64,000 bases of DNA from Octopus vulgaris (GCA_951406725.2 OX597821.1:14818001-14882000), one strand, 5' to 3'; numbered from the stretch's first letter, positions 42,190-56,101 are shown. Notes: generated by a model not told the origin, from the letters alone. A program made the numbers and translations.

Positions 42190-43089
42190 TATTTATATAT
42201 GCGCGCGTATGTGTTTGTGTGTGTATGTGTGCGCATGTGTGTGTGTGCGTGCCTATGTTTGTGTGTCTGTGTGTGCCTGAGATTAAAACAAGCGCAAACT
42301 ATGTAACATATAAGATAAGAAAGTGAAAGTCGTGTACTACACCCCCCCCGTACTAAAATAGCATTTGTTGGCCTGGATGTCACTATTATATATTTTATAA
42401 GGTCCTTTGAATTGATGTATCGTCTTTCTTTTCCCTCATTTCTTAATAATTTACTTTACCACCAAGAAAGAAAGCTGTCCAGGATAATTTCCTAGTGTAG
42501 TTATAATTTTCCCTTCGCTACATGAAAGCTGAATTGCTTGAGGAAGTATTCATTGTCAAGCTTATTGTTCAGTACATAATGGCTACGTTCAATATTCCAG
42601 ATTGATACTTGAAGCATTCGTGTGGGCGCTAACTGAAATGGCTTTGAAACTAAATGCAACTCATCGGAAAGACCTGGCTCGTATTGTTATGAAATCACCT
42701 CAAATGGATTGATTTGACCAGGAAGTCAAATCTTATGCGATAAATTTCTTTACTTGCATGCAACTCGATAGCTACTCTGATTAGACTTCAAGAAAAAAAT
42801 AAAATAAAAGAAAGAAAATTCCTTTTCTTTCACTCAATTTGTGTTATCAAATAAATGTAAAAAAACGAAAAAAAGAAAAGAAAAGGAACTGAAAGCTATG
42901 GGATTGGACATTTATCGGAGCTGAAAATTACATGATGAAAAACTTAGAAGGAAAATAGGAAAGTAAGCCTGGGAACAGTACTTTATGGGTTTCGTTATCA
43001 TAATTAGCAAATTTAAGAATAAAGAAATTGAATTTAGCCAAATTAATAGCAGCATTATTAACAGAATCTGTAACAGCTTTATAGTAATA

Positions 43090-43387
43090 CTAGCAGTATC
43101 GCCCGGAGTTGCTCCGGTTTGTAAGGGAAATAACTATATAAGCATTTTTAGAGAGTTACTTCCCTTATTTAATAGCGAAAAATGCATTAAAATGGAAAAA
43201 AATGATGGTAAATTTTTTTTAAAAATCGTAGACTCATCGTAGACGCGCGCTAATACCCAGAAGGGCTCGATAGGAATCACGACTATAAGATACCCGGTTT
43301 TGGTTAAACTGCACCGCAAACTGTGGGAGTAGTTGGGAATCTAAATCGTAGGAGACAGACACACAACCTTACTTTTATATATAAAGA
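43090..43387 (-). mobile_element. Non-autonomous Helitron, copy 2 (single internal unit)
   Basis: TC...CTAG termini in an A|T site, same subterminal hairpin. Confidence 0.85.
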
Positions 43388-43911
43388 TTACTTATAGAGG
43401 TGGTGTGTGTACAATATAAACAAGCATTAAAATTATAATTAGTTATTAAAACAATAATAAATTACAAAATAAAGATAGTAAAGGCCTAGGCATGTTGTAA
43501 GGATGGAAAAAATGAAATAAAAACAACTTCAGTTGTCTTTAGCCAGTTGCTTCCTTAACAACCTATCAAGATATTTTCCCCGCCGTTTCCTGACAGGCGC
43601 AAATGCAAAATGTTTCGTATAAAGCAAAATTTTTGCATAAAGGTTATAGTGTAAAATTCAGGCAAAGATTCAGTATTGATTTTGTAATACTTCTCTATCC
43701 TGTGCGTTTAAAGAGATTTCAAACTAATTGACGATATATTCTATAAGATATGGTCAACACTATGTAGTATACAAATTGATAAAAAGGTTAATTTTAGCAT
43801 TGTTTAACGAGCGACGAAATTTGTATACAACATTATACACACAAACACACATACTTACATACATACATATAGATATATACATAGAAATATATATATAAGT
43901 TCAGTAACAAT

Positions 43912-44088
43912 TTAGATTCAGTTGAATATGGTACTTAAGTTAAATGGTATTATCCATATAATTCAAAATGGGTTGATTATAATCAAAATAAGCAACAAGG
44001 ATATCCAGAGGTAGTGCTGTAAATGGAGTGGCATGAAACGATCGTACTGCATTAGCTGTGGATATCCTTGTTGTTTATTTTGATTATA
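43912..44088. mobile_element. Penelope-like mini-element with ~30-bp inverted arms and the 3' half of a hammerhead
   Basis: Arms 43978-44007 / 44059-44087; GAAACGATCGTACTGCA; same family as 40405-40697. Confidence 0.6.
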
Positions 44089-44122
44089 TATATATACACA
44101 CATACACACACACATACATACA

Positions 44123-44154
<32 letters not shown>

Positions 44155-44804
44155 CACGCACATGTATGTGTGTGTGTCTGTGTGTATGTAATGAATTATG
44201 TTACAATATATGTTGATGAAGGTGATGAATATAAGTCAATGTATTATTATTCACATGACCATCAATATCACAAAATAGCGTAAGATGATTTAATTTCTAA
44301 GATAACTTTTCTTTTTCGCTTAAACGAGGAAGTATCTATATGGCTATACAACCTGCGTGCGTAAAGCTTACCTTCTAAAACAATATATTGGATAATTTTG
44401 GACTAGACCGAAAAAGAACAGCCTTAAACGCGGTATTACGAGGCACTGAAGTTCGGGCTAACTTCGGCAAAACAAAAATAATAACGGCATCTCTCTTTCA
44501 CTTTCTATCTCTTTCTCTTCCCATCTCTCTCTTTTTCCCCGTCTCTGTCTATCTCTCTCACCCAAAAATATATACGCAACTAAATTAAAGAAAATGCGAA
44601 GAGTTTGATGATATTTTGTCTCTTTTTCAAACTCAAAAGAAAAAGAAGAAAAAAAGCAGTCCTCTATTCAAGACGCTTTCTACCTCACAATCTTGCGTGC
44701 GCGCGTGCATTGAGGCGAGTAAGATATACCATTTTCTCACACTTTTTAAAGCTATTTTGCATACAAGAGACTATGTCACACCGTGGTAGTTTAACGATCC
44801 TACT

Positions 44805-45194
44805 GGATGGATGGAAGCACTCCGTCGGTTACGACGACGAGGGTTCCGGTTGATCCGATCAACGGAGCAGCCTGCTCGTGAAATTAACGTGTAAGTGGCT
44901 GAGCACTCCACAGACACGTGCACCCTTAACGTAGTTCTCGGGGATATTCAGTGTGACACAGAGAGTGACAAGGCCGGCCCTTTGAAATACAGGTACAACA
45001 GAAACAGGAAGTAAGAGTAAGAGAAAGTTGTGGTGAAAGAGTACAGCAGGATCACCACCATCCCCTGCCGGAGCCTCGTGGAGCTTTAGGTGTTTTCGCT
45101 CAATAAACACTCACAATGCCCGGTCTGGGAATCGAAACCGCGATCCTACGACCGCGAGTCCGCTGCCCTAACCACTGGGCCATTGCGCCTCCAC
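44805..45194 (-). mobile_element. SINE family B, long-tail type, full length
   Basis: TSD ACGATCCTACT / ACGAACCTACT at 44794-44804 and 45195-45205; (CCAT)n tail. Confidence 0.9.
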
Positions 45195-46022
45195 ACGAAC
45201 CTACTATTAATGTTGTTAAATGGTGCCTAGATGCCATTTGACAAGCATCATTTTCGATAAGTCCATGTATTTTCTTTTAGCGCGATAAAGGTGGAAGAAA
45301 GTATATTCCATGCTTAGTTACTTCGCAGCAATATTAATTGAAATTCATTTCGCAGTTAATATAAATGGTAACATTGCTTTTCTGAATTGAAAAAAAAAAA
45401 AAAAAAAAAACAGAACAAAAGCAAAAAACAAAAACTGTAACTACCTCGGTTATCATAGTCTTAAATATGATATCACACCGAAGAAGTCCAGTTTAGACTG
45501 AAATACGTATACGTGATTAGAATTTTGTAATTTTCATTAAGCATAAAAGAAATACATAACAGATTAAATATGATTTCACAGCTGAATTCTAATTATCACT
45601 GTTACAAAATAACTGAATACAGAATAGAATTTTTCCCTTTCCTTACTAAGGTAAACGGATTTTTGTTGTTGTTGACAGAAAAGCTCTTGGGTTTAAATTA
45701 CCTTTTTTCTGATTTCGAAAAGATTCAATAACACACGTATAAGCTTATCTTTGTCTGCAAAAGATTTTGCTGTTTTAGCAAATTATTTCTTTAACAATTT
45801 ATCAAGATTTTTTCTATTTGCAGACAAAATCAATAAATTGTTTTTCGAAAAGATCATAGCGCAATGTTTGGTAATGTCTGACAAATAAAGGTTGATTCGA
45901 TTTCCACTTTCTAATGCTTCTCACCAAAGCTTTGCACAACCTGTACGTAAACTGTTTCTATCCATTTCCCCTCCACTGCTCAGATTTACATAATTTCTTT
46001 ACATAAGTCTGTTTTATACATT

Positions 46023-46210
46023 ATTTACATTATTTACATTCGACGGATATTTTTTCTCATCTTGTTTGTCGTTAACACAACGTTTCGGCTGATATACCCT
46101 CCACCCTTCTTCAGGTGTCTGAAGAAAGCCGGAGGGTATATCAGCCAAAACGTTGCGTTAACAACAAACAAGATGAGAAAAAATATCCGTCGAATGTAAA
46201 TAATGTAAAT
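46023..46210. mobile_element. Fold-back Penelope pLTR remnant, 92-bp arms and 4-nt loop
   Basis: Arms 46023-46114 / 46119-46210 are reverse complements with a few substitutions; both carry CTGAAGA..CAGCC(G/A)AAACGTT. Confidence 0.8.
46075..46118 (-). ncRNA. Minimal type I hammerhead ribozyme (PLE type)
   Basis: ACAC-CUGAAGA-AGG(G)UG..CAGCC-GAAAC-GUU-GUGU: stem I ACAC/GUGU, palindromic AACGUU stem III as in dimeric PLE hammerheads. Confidence 0.7.
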
Positions 46211-46212
46211 AT

Positions 46213-46378
46213 AGGCGCAGGAGTGGCTGTGTGGTAAGTAGCTTGCTAACCAACCACATGGTTCCGGGTTCAGTCCCACTGCGTGGCATCTTGGGCAAGT
46301 GTCTTCTGCTATAGCCCCGGGCCGACCAATGCCTTGTGAGTGGATTTGATTGACGGAAACTGAAAGAAGCCTGTCGTA

Positions 46379-46439
<61 letters not shown>

Positions 46440-46655
46440 TTGTGTGTCTGTGTTTGTCCCCCTAGCATTGCTTGACAACCGATGCTGGTGTGTTTACGTC
46501 CCCATCACTTAGCGGTTCGGCAAAAGAAACTGATAGAATAAGTACTGGGCTTACAAAGAATAAGTCCCAGGGTCGATTTGCTCGACTAAAGGCGGTGCTT
46601 CAGCATGGCCGCAGTCAAATGACTGAAACAAGTAAAAGAGTAAAAGAGTAAAAGA
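46213..46655 (+). mobile_element. SINE family A, full length
   Basis: Head AGGCGCAGGAGTGGCTGTGTGG through (GTAAAAGA)3 tail. Confidence 0.92.
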
Positions 46656-47024
46656 ACGTACATAATTCCTCATCTCTTAAATATAGAACTGTATAAGTCT
46701 GTTTTATCTATCAGTATTAAATCCATACTCTGGTTAGACTTTTCCATTTCCTCTATTTCAACTTGACCTATGTCTCAGTCTCTTCGTCATCTGTAACAAT
46801 CATGTCCCTCTTCCAATTTTCCAGTGTTTCTTATACATTTTCAGGTCTCTCACATTCTACATTGCTTTCAGTTTCCCTTCGCTCTCCTCTTCCTTCTCTC
46901 TCTCTCAGTTCTGTCTATCAGTTCATTTCATTTTCTGTATTCCATTTACTTTTTGCGGGATTGAATTGTCACTTATATCAACTCATGCTCACACTTCATC
47001 AAACTTTCTCCCAATTTACATATA

Positions 47025-47335
47025 TTCTTTCTACTATTGGCACTAGATCCGAGATTCTGTGTGAAGTCAATTACATCGACCCCAGTGCTCAACCAGTACT
47101 TACTTTATTGACTCCGAAAGGATGAAAGGCTAAGTAGACCACGGTGGAATTTGAACTCAGAATGTAAAAGGCCGGAAGAAATATCGCTAAGCATTTCGCT
47201 AAGTGTTTCACTGATATTTAATTTATCGATCTTAAAGGATGAAAGGCAAAGTCAACCACGACGTGAAGACGGACGAAATGCCACTAAACATTTTTCCCGG
47301 TCTGCTAACGATTCTGCCAACTCGCTGCCTTACTA
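47025..47335 (-). mobile_element. Two overlapping old SINE family C fragments
   Basis: Central domain and head each present twice. Confidence 0.65.
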
Positions 47336-47344
47336 AAAGTAATA

Positions 47345-47388
<44 letters not shown>

Positions 47389-48425
47389 GATGATGATGAT
47401 GATTGCACAAGTTTACAAATATGTATGAGAAATGAGTATGATTGATTCTATCAATTTCAGTGCTTACTCTGGTGTTTCGTGCGTTCTACCAACCTCTTTA
47501 CTATTATTTCACAGCAATAATGTCAACGATTTATTGAAACCCTGATAACACAGTATAGAACAACAACGATTACCACTAAAAACAATAACGATAACAATAA
47601 CGAAAACAGCAAAATTTGTTAGAAGTAGTAGCTAATATCACCTCAAATCACACATTGCCATCATCAAAAGGAAAGGACACATTCAGTAATGCCGCTCTAA
47701 AAAGTTTGAACGAAAATAAGATAGGATCGTCATGGTTAAAGCGATTTGATCATAGATCTGCCTTATCAAGATTAACCATCGGCAAATCGCCACCACCGTC
47801 GCCACCACCACTACCGCCGCCACCACCACCAACAGTCAGAGACTCTATTACTCCCACTGATTTCAAACTTCAACTTAGACTGTCTATATATTGTCCCAAA
47901 ATTTCGTTTAATTGTTCTTATCGAAGTTTACTTTCTTGATTGCTCTTTTGTTTTAGGTTTAAAACAACCAGCGACGAAGCTTTCGTTTAATGAATTGCTT
48001 GAATAACCTTAAGTAATAGAAGTTGTTCAACTCAAATATACGTGCTTCTACTGTTTTTAATTATAATCACACATACAGAAAAAATAGCTGCAGTAACTAT
48101 AGCATCATTTGTCCTCAAGTACTGTAGTGTGATTCACACCGCAATGCTGCAGAATGGTAGATTCCATCTTTCTCGAGTATGATAATGCAGCCATCAGAGT
48201 CTATACGTATACAAAAATAGATTAATCAGTAGGGCGAGCATAACATGTCTAAACTGTAACTCTGCCACCGCATGCTGGATCTGGGTTGTGTAGTATGACC
48301 CTCAGTTACGCGGAAACGTAGTTTACCTGCACAGTAGATTCGTGAGTGAGTCTTGGTTGCTTGTCCGTCATGTTATGTACCATCTATTATTTTCTTGATC
48401 ACGAGTTGACATGTGGTTTCACACA

Positions 48426-49237
48426 AATTTGAACTCACAACGTAACGGCAGACGAAATACCTATTTCTTTATTACCCACAAGGGGCTAAACACAGAGGGA
48501 GACAAACAAGGACAGACATAGGTATTAAGTCGATTACATCGACCCCAGTGCGTAACTGGTACTTAATTTATCGACCCCGAAAGGATGAAAGGCAAAGTCG
48601 ACCTCGGCGGAATTTGAACTCACAACGTAACGGCAGACGAAATACCTATTTCTTTATTACCCACAAGGGGCTAAACACAGAGGGGGACAAACAAGGACAG
48701 ACATAGGTATTAAGTCGATTACATCGACCCCAGTGCGTAACTGGTACTTAATTTATCGACCCCGAAAGGATGAAAGGCAAAGTCGATCTAGGCGGAATTT
48801 GAACTCACGACGTAACGGCAGACGAAATACCTATTTCTTTATTACCCACAAGAGGCTAAACACAGAGGGGGACAAACAAGGACAGACATAGGTATTAAGT
48901 CGATTACATCGACCCCAGTGCGTAACTGGTACTTAATTTATCGACCCCGAAAAGATGAAAGGCAAAGTCGACCTCGGCGGAATTTGAACTACAACGTAAC
49001 GGCAGACGAAATACCTATTTCTTTATTACCCCAGGGGCTAAACACAGAGGGGGACAAACAAGGACAGACATAGGTATTAAGTCGATTACATCGACCCCAG
49101 TGCGTAACTGGTACTTAATTTATCGACCCCGAAAGGATGAAAGGCAAAGTCGACCTCGGCGGAATTTGAACTCACAACGTAACGGCAGACGAAATGGCGC
49201 TAAGCATTTCGCCCGGCGTGCTAATGTTTCTGCCAGT
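48426..49237 (-). repeat. Head-to-tail array of four ~185-bp tail-1 SINE C units under a single 5' head
   Basis: Units start at 48461, 48646, 48831 and ~49015 with junction GACGAAATAC|CTATTTCTTT; A-box head only at 49196-49237; few differences between units. Confidence 0.9.
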
Positions 49238-49556
49238 TATTAAAAGGAGATGCGTAAACATGTTTGAAATAAACGTTACATCAACTATGTATGTATTGTT
49301 CTTACGAAAGTGACATGGATGGCGATATAAGCGTTGTCAATATTAGGCCAAATATAGGCAAAAAACATTAATAATCGCTTCCACTGTAACATCTATCAGC
49401 AGCATTTTCTTAAAATATTTGAAAACTTCCTGAAGGCTAGCAACCAAAACATTACAGGGCAACAAATGCTAATTCTATGGACATTTGCTACAATAACTAC
49501 ACATGTGGGACCAATGATAAATTATTAATAATTCAAGTTGTTTTGTTTATAAACTA

Positions 49557-49935
49557 CTAGCAGTGTCGCCCGGCGTTGCTCGGGTTTGTAAGGGAAATAA
49601 CTATATAAGCATTTTTAGAGATGTAAAGTATAATAGCCATCTCAATATGGTTAACCACAAAGGGGGGGGTGTTACTGTAGCTTTTTACGTTCTGAAAATT
49701 TAATAATAAACTTTTAGAGAGTTACTTCCCTTATATATGCCAAAAATACATTAAAAATGGAAAAAATTGATGGTAAAATCATCGTAGACGCGCGCTAATA
49801 CCCAGAAGGGCTCGATATGAATCACGACTATAAGATACCCGGTTTTGGTTAAACTGCACCGCAAAATGTGGGAGTAGTTAGGAATCTAAATCGTAGGAGA
49901 CAGACAGCACACAACCTCACTTTTATATATAAAGA
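49557..49935 (-). mobile_element. Non-autonomous Helitron, copy 3 (extra ~100-bp internal segment)
   Basis: TC...CTAG termini, A|T site, hairpin; segment ~49621-49720 absent from copies 1 and 2. Confidence 0.85.
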
Positions 49936-50059
49936 TTATATGCACAGAATGTATATTTTTGTCTAACACTACGAATAAACTGTTATAGGAATTCATTAAT
50001 ATATTTTATTTTAGTGCGCTAAAGTGTTACTTAATCAGATCAGCTCAGTAAAATATCGA

Positions 50060-50480
50060 TTTCATATTCAGGATAATGCTGTTACAGATATCCTGGATCG
50101 CATCCAGAGAAATGCCGTTCTGATGATATGCATCAACCTCTTACATAACATGATCCATACCCTGGGCCACAGGCGTGCAGCCGACTATCCCTGTTATTTC
50201 GGTCACTACTATAATCTCATCTGTTTCTCGGAGTTAGCTGGTCTTTGGTCTTCTTCACTTCTTTGTGCAGGTGCTACAGACACCGCTCATGTCATCAGTA
50301 TTGCTTTGTCCAATTCCTTAGGCCCTACACTAACCACTACCTTCCTTCCTTCCTTCCTTCTGTCCTTCCTTTCCTTTCCTTAATGGTGGTGCTCTGAAAC
50401 CTCTCTGCTCATTATCTTACGGAACATTCACAATGTTAATCTAATTGGTCTTCAGGGCCCAAAAGGGTTATGGTTACTAA
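50060..50480 (+). pseudogene. Decayed CR1-group (Zenon-like) LINE ORF2 C-terminus
   Basis: ILDRIQRNAVLMI...TLGHRRAA..CYF.HYY..CFSELAGL matches the LDRxQRRA..L.HRR..LFY.YY.G.CS.EL pattern. Confidence 0.65.
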
Positions 50481-50696
50481 CCCTTTCTGCAGTAAGTTAA
50501 ATAAAAACACAAAACAAAAAAAAAAAAACACAAACAAACAAACAAAAAACCCCCAGCAAAACCACTTCACCAAGACACTGGACATGAGATGCTACATTTG
50601 CTAATAAACATTACATAAGCTAAGTCGAAGAATCAAAACACTAAAAGCCAACAGTCTCACTTGACAATGTATTAAGATATTTTTAAGAAGGATTGA

Positions 50697-51112
50697 TGCA
50701 GTGGCTGTGTGGTAAGTAGCTTGTTTACCAACCACATGGTACCGGGTTCAGTCCCACTGCGTGGCACCTTGGGCAAGTGTCTTCTGCTATAGCCCCGGGC
50801 CGACCAATGACTTGTGAGTGGATTTGGTAGATGGAAACTGAAAAGAAGCCTGTCGTATATATGTATATATATATATATGCGTGTGTGTGTTTGTGTATCT
50901 GTGTTTGTCCCCCTAGCATTGCTTGACAACCGATACTGGTGTGTTTATGTCCCCGTTACTTAGCGGTTCGGCAAAGAGACTGATAGAATAAGTACTGGGC
51001 TTACAAAAGAATAAGTCCCGGGGTCGAGTTGCTCGATTAAAGGCGGTACTCCAGCATGGCCGCAGTCAAATGACTGAAACAAGTAAAAGAGTAAAAGAGA
51101 GAGTAAAAGAGA
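50697..51112 (+). mobile_element. SINE family A
   Basis: Colinear with 46213-46655. Confidence 0.9.
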
Positions 51113-51519
51113 GCATCTATAATTACATTATTGATTGTTACTTCAAACATACGCCAGGAAGGAAAAGTTTACTTTGAAAACAATCACTATGAATTCAGAA
51201 TCAGAGTGATACTCCAACAAGAAAAAAAAAAAAAAAAATGAAAAATACAATATTTGATAACTGTACAACAAGTTTCTGTATGAAACAACAAAAATATCAT
51301 AAAATTTTTACTGTATATCATTTCTGTGCTAATCTCCACACTGGGCAGATTACAGTAACTGATTCTAGAAATGCTATGTTTCTTTATTAAAAGCTGTAAA
51401 TTCACGCCAAACATGACACATCGAGAAAATATTTGATATACGAATGCAAGAAGATTTCAAAGACTTTTATGATGGACATGTTCTTCTATATTACTAAAAC
51501 GTATGTTCATAAGTACAAC

Positions 51520-51583
<64 letters not shown>

Positions 51584-51619
51584 ATATACATATATATATA
51601 TATATATATAAACATATAC

Positions 51620-51660
<41 letters not shown>

Positions 51661-51860
51661 AACATATACATATATATATATATATATAAACATATACATA
51701 TATATATATATAAATATATAAACATATACAGATATATATATATAAATATACATATATATATATATATAAACATATACATATATATAAACATATACATATA
51801 TATATATATATATATACATATATATATAAATATATATATATTATATATATATATATACAT

Positions 51861-52299
51861 AGGCGCAGGGGTGGCTGTGGTAAGTAACTTACTTACCAAC
51901 TACATGGTTCCCGGTTCAGTCCCACTGCGTGACACCTTGGGCAAGTGTCTTCTACTATAGCCTAAGCCGACCAAAGACTTGTAAGTGGATTTGGTAGACG
52001 GAAACTGAAAAGAAGCCCATTGTATATATGCATGTATATATGTATGTATATATATATATATATAAATATATATATATATATGTTTATGTGTTTGTGTGTC
52101 TGTGTTTGTCTCCCCAACATCGCTTGACAACCGATGCTGGTTTGTTTATGTTCCCGTAGACTAGCGGTTCGGCAAAAAGAGACCGATAGAATAAGTACTA
52201 AGCTTACAAAGAAGAAGTCCTGGGGTCGATTTTTTCGACTAAAGGCGGTGTTCCAGCATGGCCGCAGTCAAATGACTGAAACAAGTAAAAGAGTAAAAG
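51861..52299 (+). mobile_element. SINE family A, full length, within (TA)n
   Basis: Colinear with 46213-46655. Confidence 0.9.
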
Positions 52300-52411
52300 G
52301 GTATATATAAATAATATATTCATATACACACACACACACATATATATATACACACACACACGTATATATATATACACACCCACATATATATATATATATA
52401 TATACACACAC

Positions 52412-52444
<33 letters not shown>

Positions 52445-52757
52445 TATATATACATACACACACACTCACACATATATATATTTATACACACACACACACA
52501 CATATATATATACACACACACATACAAGCATACACACACATATATATATGTGTATGTATATATGTATGAGTATCCTTATCAAACGCACACTCACATTCAG
52601 ACACACATGTATGTGTGTGTGTGAGATTGTGCATTTGAATGTATGCATACACACACACAAAGCGGTTTGTCAGAGTGGAGTGCTCGTTTGAATGTCAGAC
52701 TGTTTTCCATGTCTGTTTTTTTAAGTACTTTCACTGTTGTTGTTGACGTGTAATCGG

Positions 52758-52990
<233 letters not shown>

Positions 52991-55354
52991 TGTCTAGTAT
53001 GTATGTATATATGTACATATAGGTGCATACCTGATTATATATACATATATATACATACACACACACACAAATACACATATATATGTATATATACATGCAT
53101 TCACACGGTTGCACACATGCTCTCGATTTAAAGTCACAACGTCATAAAGGGTTCCGTTGTTTTCAAGCGTGCTTTAAAATAATAACCTTGATCTAACATT
53201 TATATAAGACATATACACATACATGCATATATACATAAATACATACATACACATATATCTGTGAGTGTGTGTGTGTGTGTGTGTGTAATGGAGTGTATAT
53301 CCATATCTATGTGCGTAGAAGAATACTTGTTTGTGTTTTGAAAGTATAAATATATAAAAGGAGTAAAATGGATGCAAAGTGAATATGGAAATTGAAAGTA
53401 GTTATACGCGTAAGAGCGTATGCGCGCGTATTTCGAGTCGTGTGCACATGAGAAAAGGTACATGTGTGTGTGTGCGTCATAAATATATCAGGTATGTACA
53501 TTTATATACGCATATATGTTGTATTGAGCTTAGATGAATAACTAGAATAAATGTCAGGATTGAAGTAAAGTCGTTAAGAAATAAAGGAAAAACGAAAGGA
53601 AATAAATAAGAAATTATATGAAGATACGAAACAAATATTGTGTATGGAAGTGAATGATTGAAGAGAAACGTTACGAAATTTTCTAAAATATATTTTGTGA
53701 TTCAACATAGAAACTGGAATTAACTTTTGCTCACATGCAGTGTTATACATTGAATTTTCTTAAAAAATATATTCCTTTTGAAAACCGTATCTCAGATTAC
53801 TTTGGAAGGCTATAGTGTGCAAACATTCCATTTCATTATGTGGAAAGAAAATAACTTGATGTATTAAAAGACAATGATGAGGAACTATATGTGGTATTTG
53901 CGTAAGATTATAATTTAAAAATCACTATGACATGTGTACACATCACTATACTCTCATAAACGCAGGAAATTACAATCACAGACGTAAATTGCGTATCAAA
54001 TACAGAGCAGTTTCTATGGTGTTAAGTACTTGTCACAGAGGAAACTGCTGGAAATATTTCAATCCTTAACGACATCAAGATCACATGATGTGTTTGACAA
54101 GATCATCAGTCATAAACTTGTGACATTAAAAAGTTTATCTCTTGGCAATCAAACACTGTATCGATAGCCGTTTTCATTTAATCATTGTTGGTATTTATTC
54201 AGTCTAGTAAGATTGAAAGCCCAGGCGCCATATGTCTGTCCATCTGTGCCACAGAACAACCGTCAATTATTGCAAAGGTATGTATGAGTTACGGTAATAA
54301 TTTATGCAACAAATAAATTGCGCTGATTACCACACACACACACGAGCAAACAACACATCGTCCTGCCATCTCTTTTTCCTATGCATGGCTTTTGTTGCAT
54401 GCAAGATGACACGATCTGGTTATTACCTCATTCAGCTCCCTACTCTTTATTGAATGCATGGGTCCCAGTGAATGCCTCGCCTCATCCATACGACCCCTTT
54501 ATAATGTTGTTTAACTGATTCTAACAGTTGGGGAAATACAATACCGCTCACTTTACGACATGAGCCCCCTGGGCAGTCACCCATTGTTCTCACGGCATAA
54601 GCGCTCGACACTTATCTATGTATGCTGAGGTTCTGTATGTAGGGATCGCAGTGAATTACTCTGTCCGGAGAGAAGGGAACTATTATGCGGTTAAGATGGT
54701 CTTAGGTTTCGCGAGAAGTAACGACTTCAGCTCTTGAATGGCACGACATGTAGCGACGCCAAGATGATGAAAGACATATCCCATGTTTACACGAGTTGAA
54801 ACCAGAACGCAAACAACCAAAATAACTAACAACAACCTTTTGACTGATTTTGTCACGGTCCTGTGAAAGCAAATATGCATTCATATGTATATAGGTTGAA
54901 ATGCACAGCAGAATAGAAGAATATACATACATACATACATACATACATACATACATACATACATACGTATGTATCGCCTTCACCTTCAAAACGTAGAGTA
55001 GATGAAACCATGGCGACTGAAGAAGGGGTTTTTTCCTTGTGTTATTTGTCCTGTACTCTATTTTTTTGTTGTTTAAGAAACATGTCCAGTTCCTTGGGTT
55101 TGTGTCTATGTTTTCGTTTCTCATTGTGTTCGACGTTTTTTTTTTGGTGTCCTGTACTCATATATGCGTGTATATATACATGTAGAGGTAGGTACGTACA
55201 TATCTGTATATATATATGCATATGTTTTATTTATTAATATATTATATGACGGAACGAACGCATCCCTTTCTAAGTAAGATTGTTCTACATACATATATAC
55301 AAGATATGGATGGCTTATTCGCAATTTTACAGCTTTACAAGCAGAATTACAGAC

Positions 55355-55616
55355 GTCACTAAAGTGACAAAGGCCACTAGTCAGCACCTGTATTGCTAGA
55401 AATAAGAATCAAAACAACTCAATAGCCATGAAAAGCACTATCTTAGTGATTGACAAGGGAGGCAAGCCCCTTACAACAGCGGACATAGCCACTGATGTAA
55501 GGAGCATGCCTCCCTTGTCAATCATTTAGATCGTGCTTTCCGTGGCTATTGAGTTGTTTAGACTCTTATTTCTAGCAACACAGGTGCTGATTAGAGCCCT
55601 TTGTCACTTTAGTGAC
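55355..55616. repeat. Fold-back inverted repeat, 128-bp arms and 6-nt loop
   Basis: Arms 55355-55482 / 55489-55616 colinear without gaps, scattered substitutions. Confidence 0.9.
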
Positions 55617-55805
55617 CTCTCTCTCTCTCTCCCTCTCTCTTTATATATATATATATATATATAAATGAGTGAGTAGAAACTGAAAGAAATAGCTATTCAA
55701 CATATTTTGTAGGAATTACATGATTATTTAAAACAGTTTGATTGGTCCTCATTAGACTTAAACTTTCGCAGGACTATAACAAAAGCCCATCTTTTTCAGA
55801 CTTCC

Positions 55806-56031
55806 ATTACCATGCTGGGACACCGCCTTGCATTTTTAGTCGAATGATTCGACTTTTTTTTACTTATTTTTGCAGCCTAGTACTTATTCTAAGTTACAGG
55901 GACGTAAACACACCAATATCGGTTATCAAATGGCGATAGGAGGAGGTGAACAGACAGACATACAGACACACACATATGCGACGGGCTTCTTTTAGTTTCC
56001 ATCGGCCTGTGGGTACGGTAGGAAATATTTT

Positions 56032-56035
<4 letters not shown>
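55806..56035 (-). mobile_element. SINE family A 3' part, duplicated in inverted orientation at 60239-60428
   Basis: Shares private deletions and substitutions with 60161-60428. Confidence 0.85.
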
Positions 56036-56079
<44 letters not shown>

Positions 56080-56101
56080 TTAAAATTTATTATATAGAAG
56101 G

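Noticed and set aside
44859-45110. Recurrent peptide MFIERKHLKLHEAPAG in several ORFs
   Set aside because: Translation of SINE family B; frames break differently between copies
48100-48425. Higher-GC segment beside the SINE array as exon or TE
   Set aside because: No clean frame or motif I can assign
48426-49237. CRISPR array or hammerhead retrozyme
   Set aside because: Whole units repeat with no unique spacers, no cas genes, eukaryotic context, and no CUGANGA core seen in the unit
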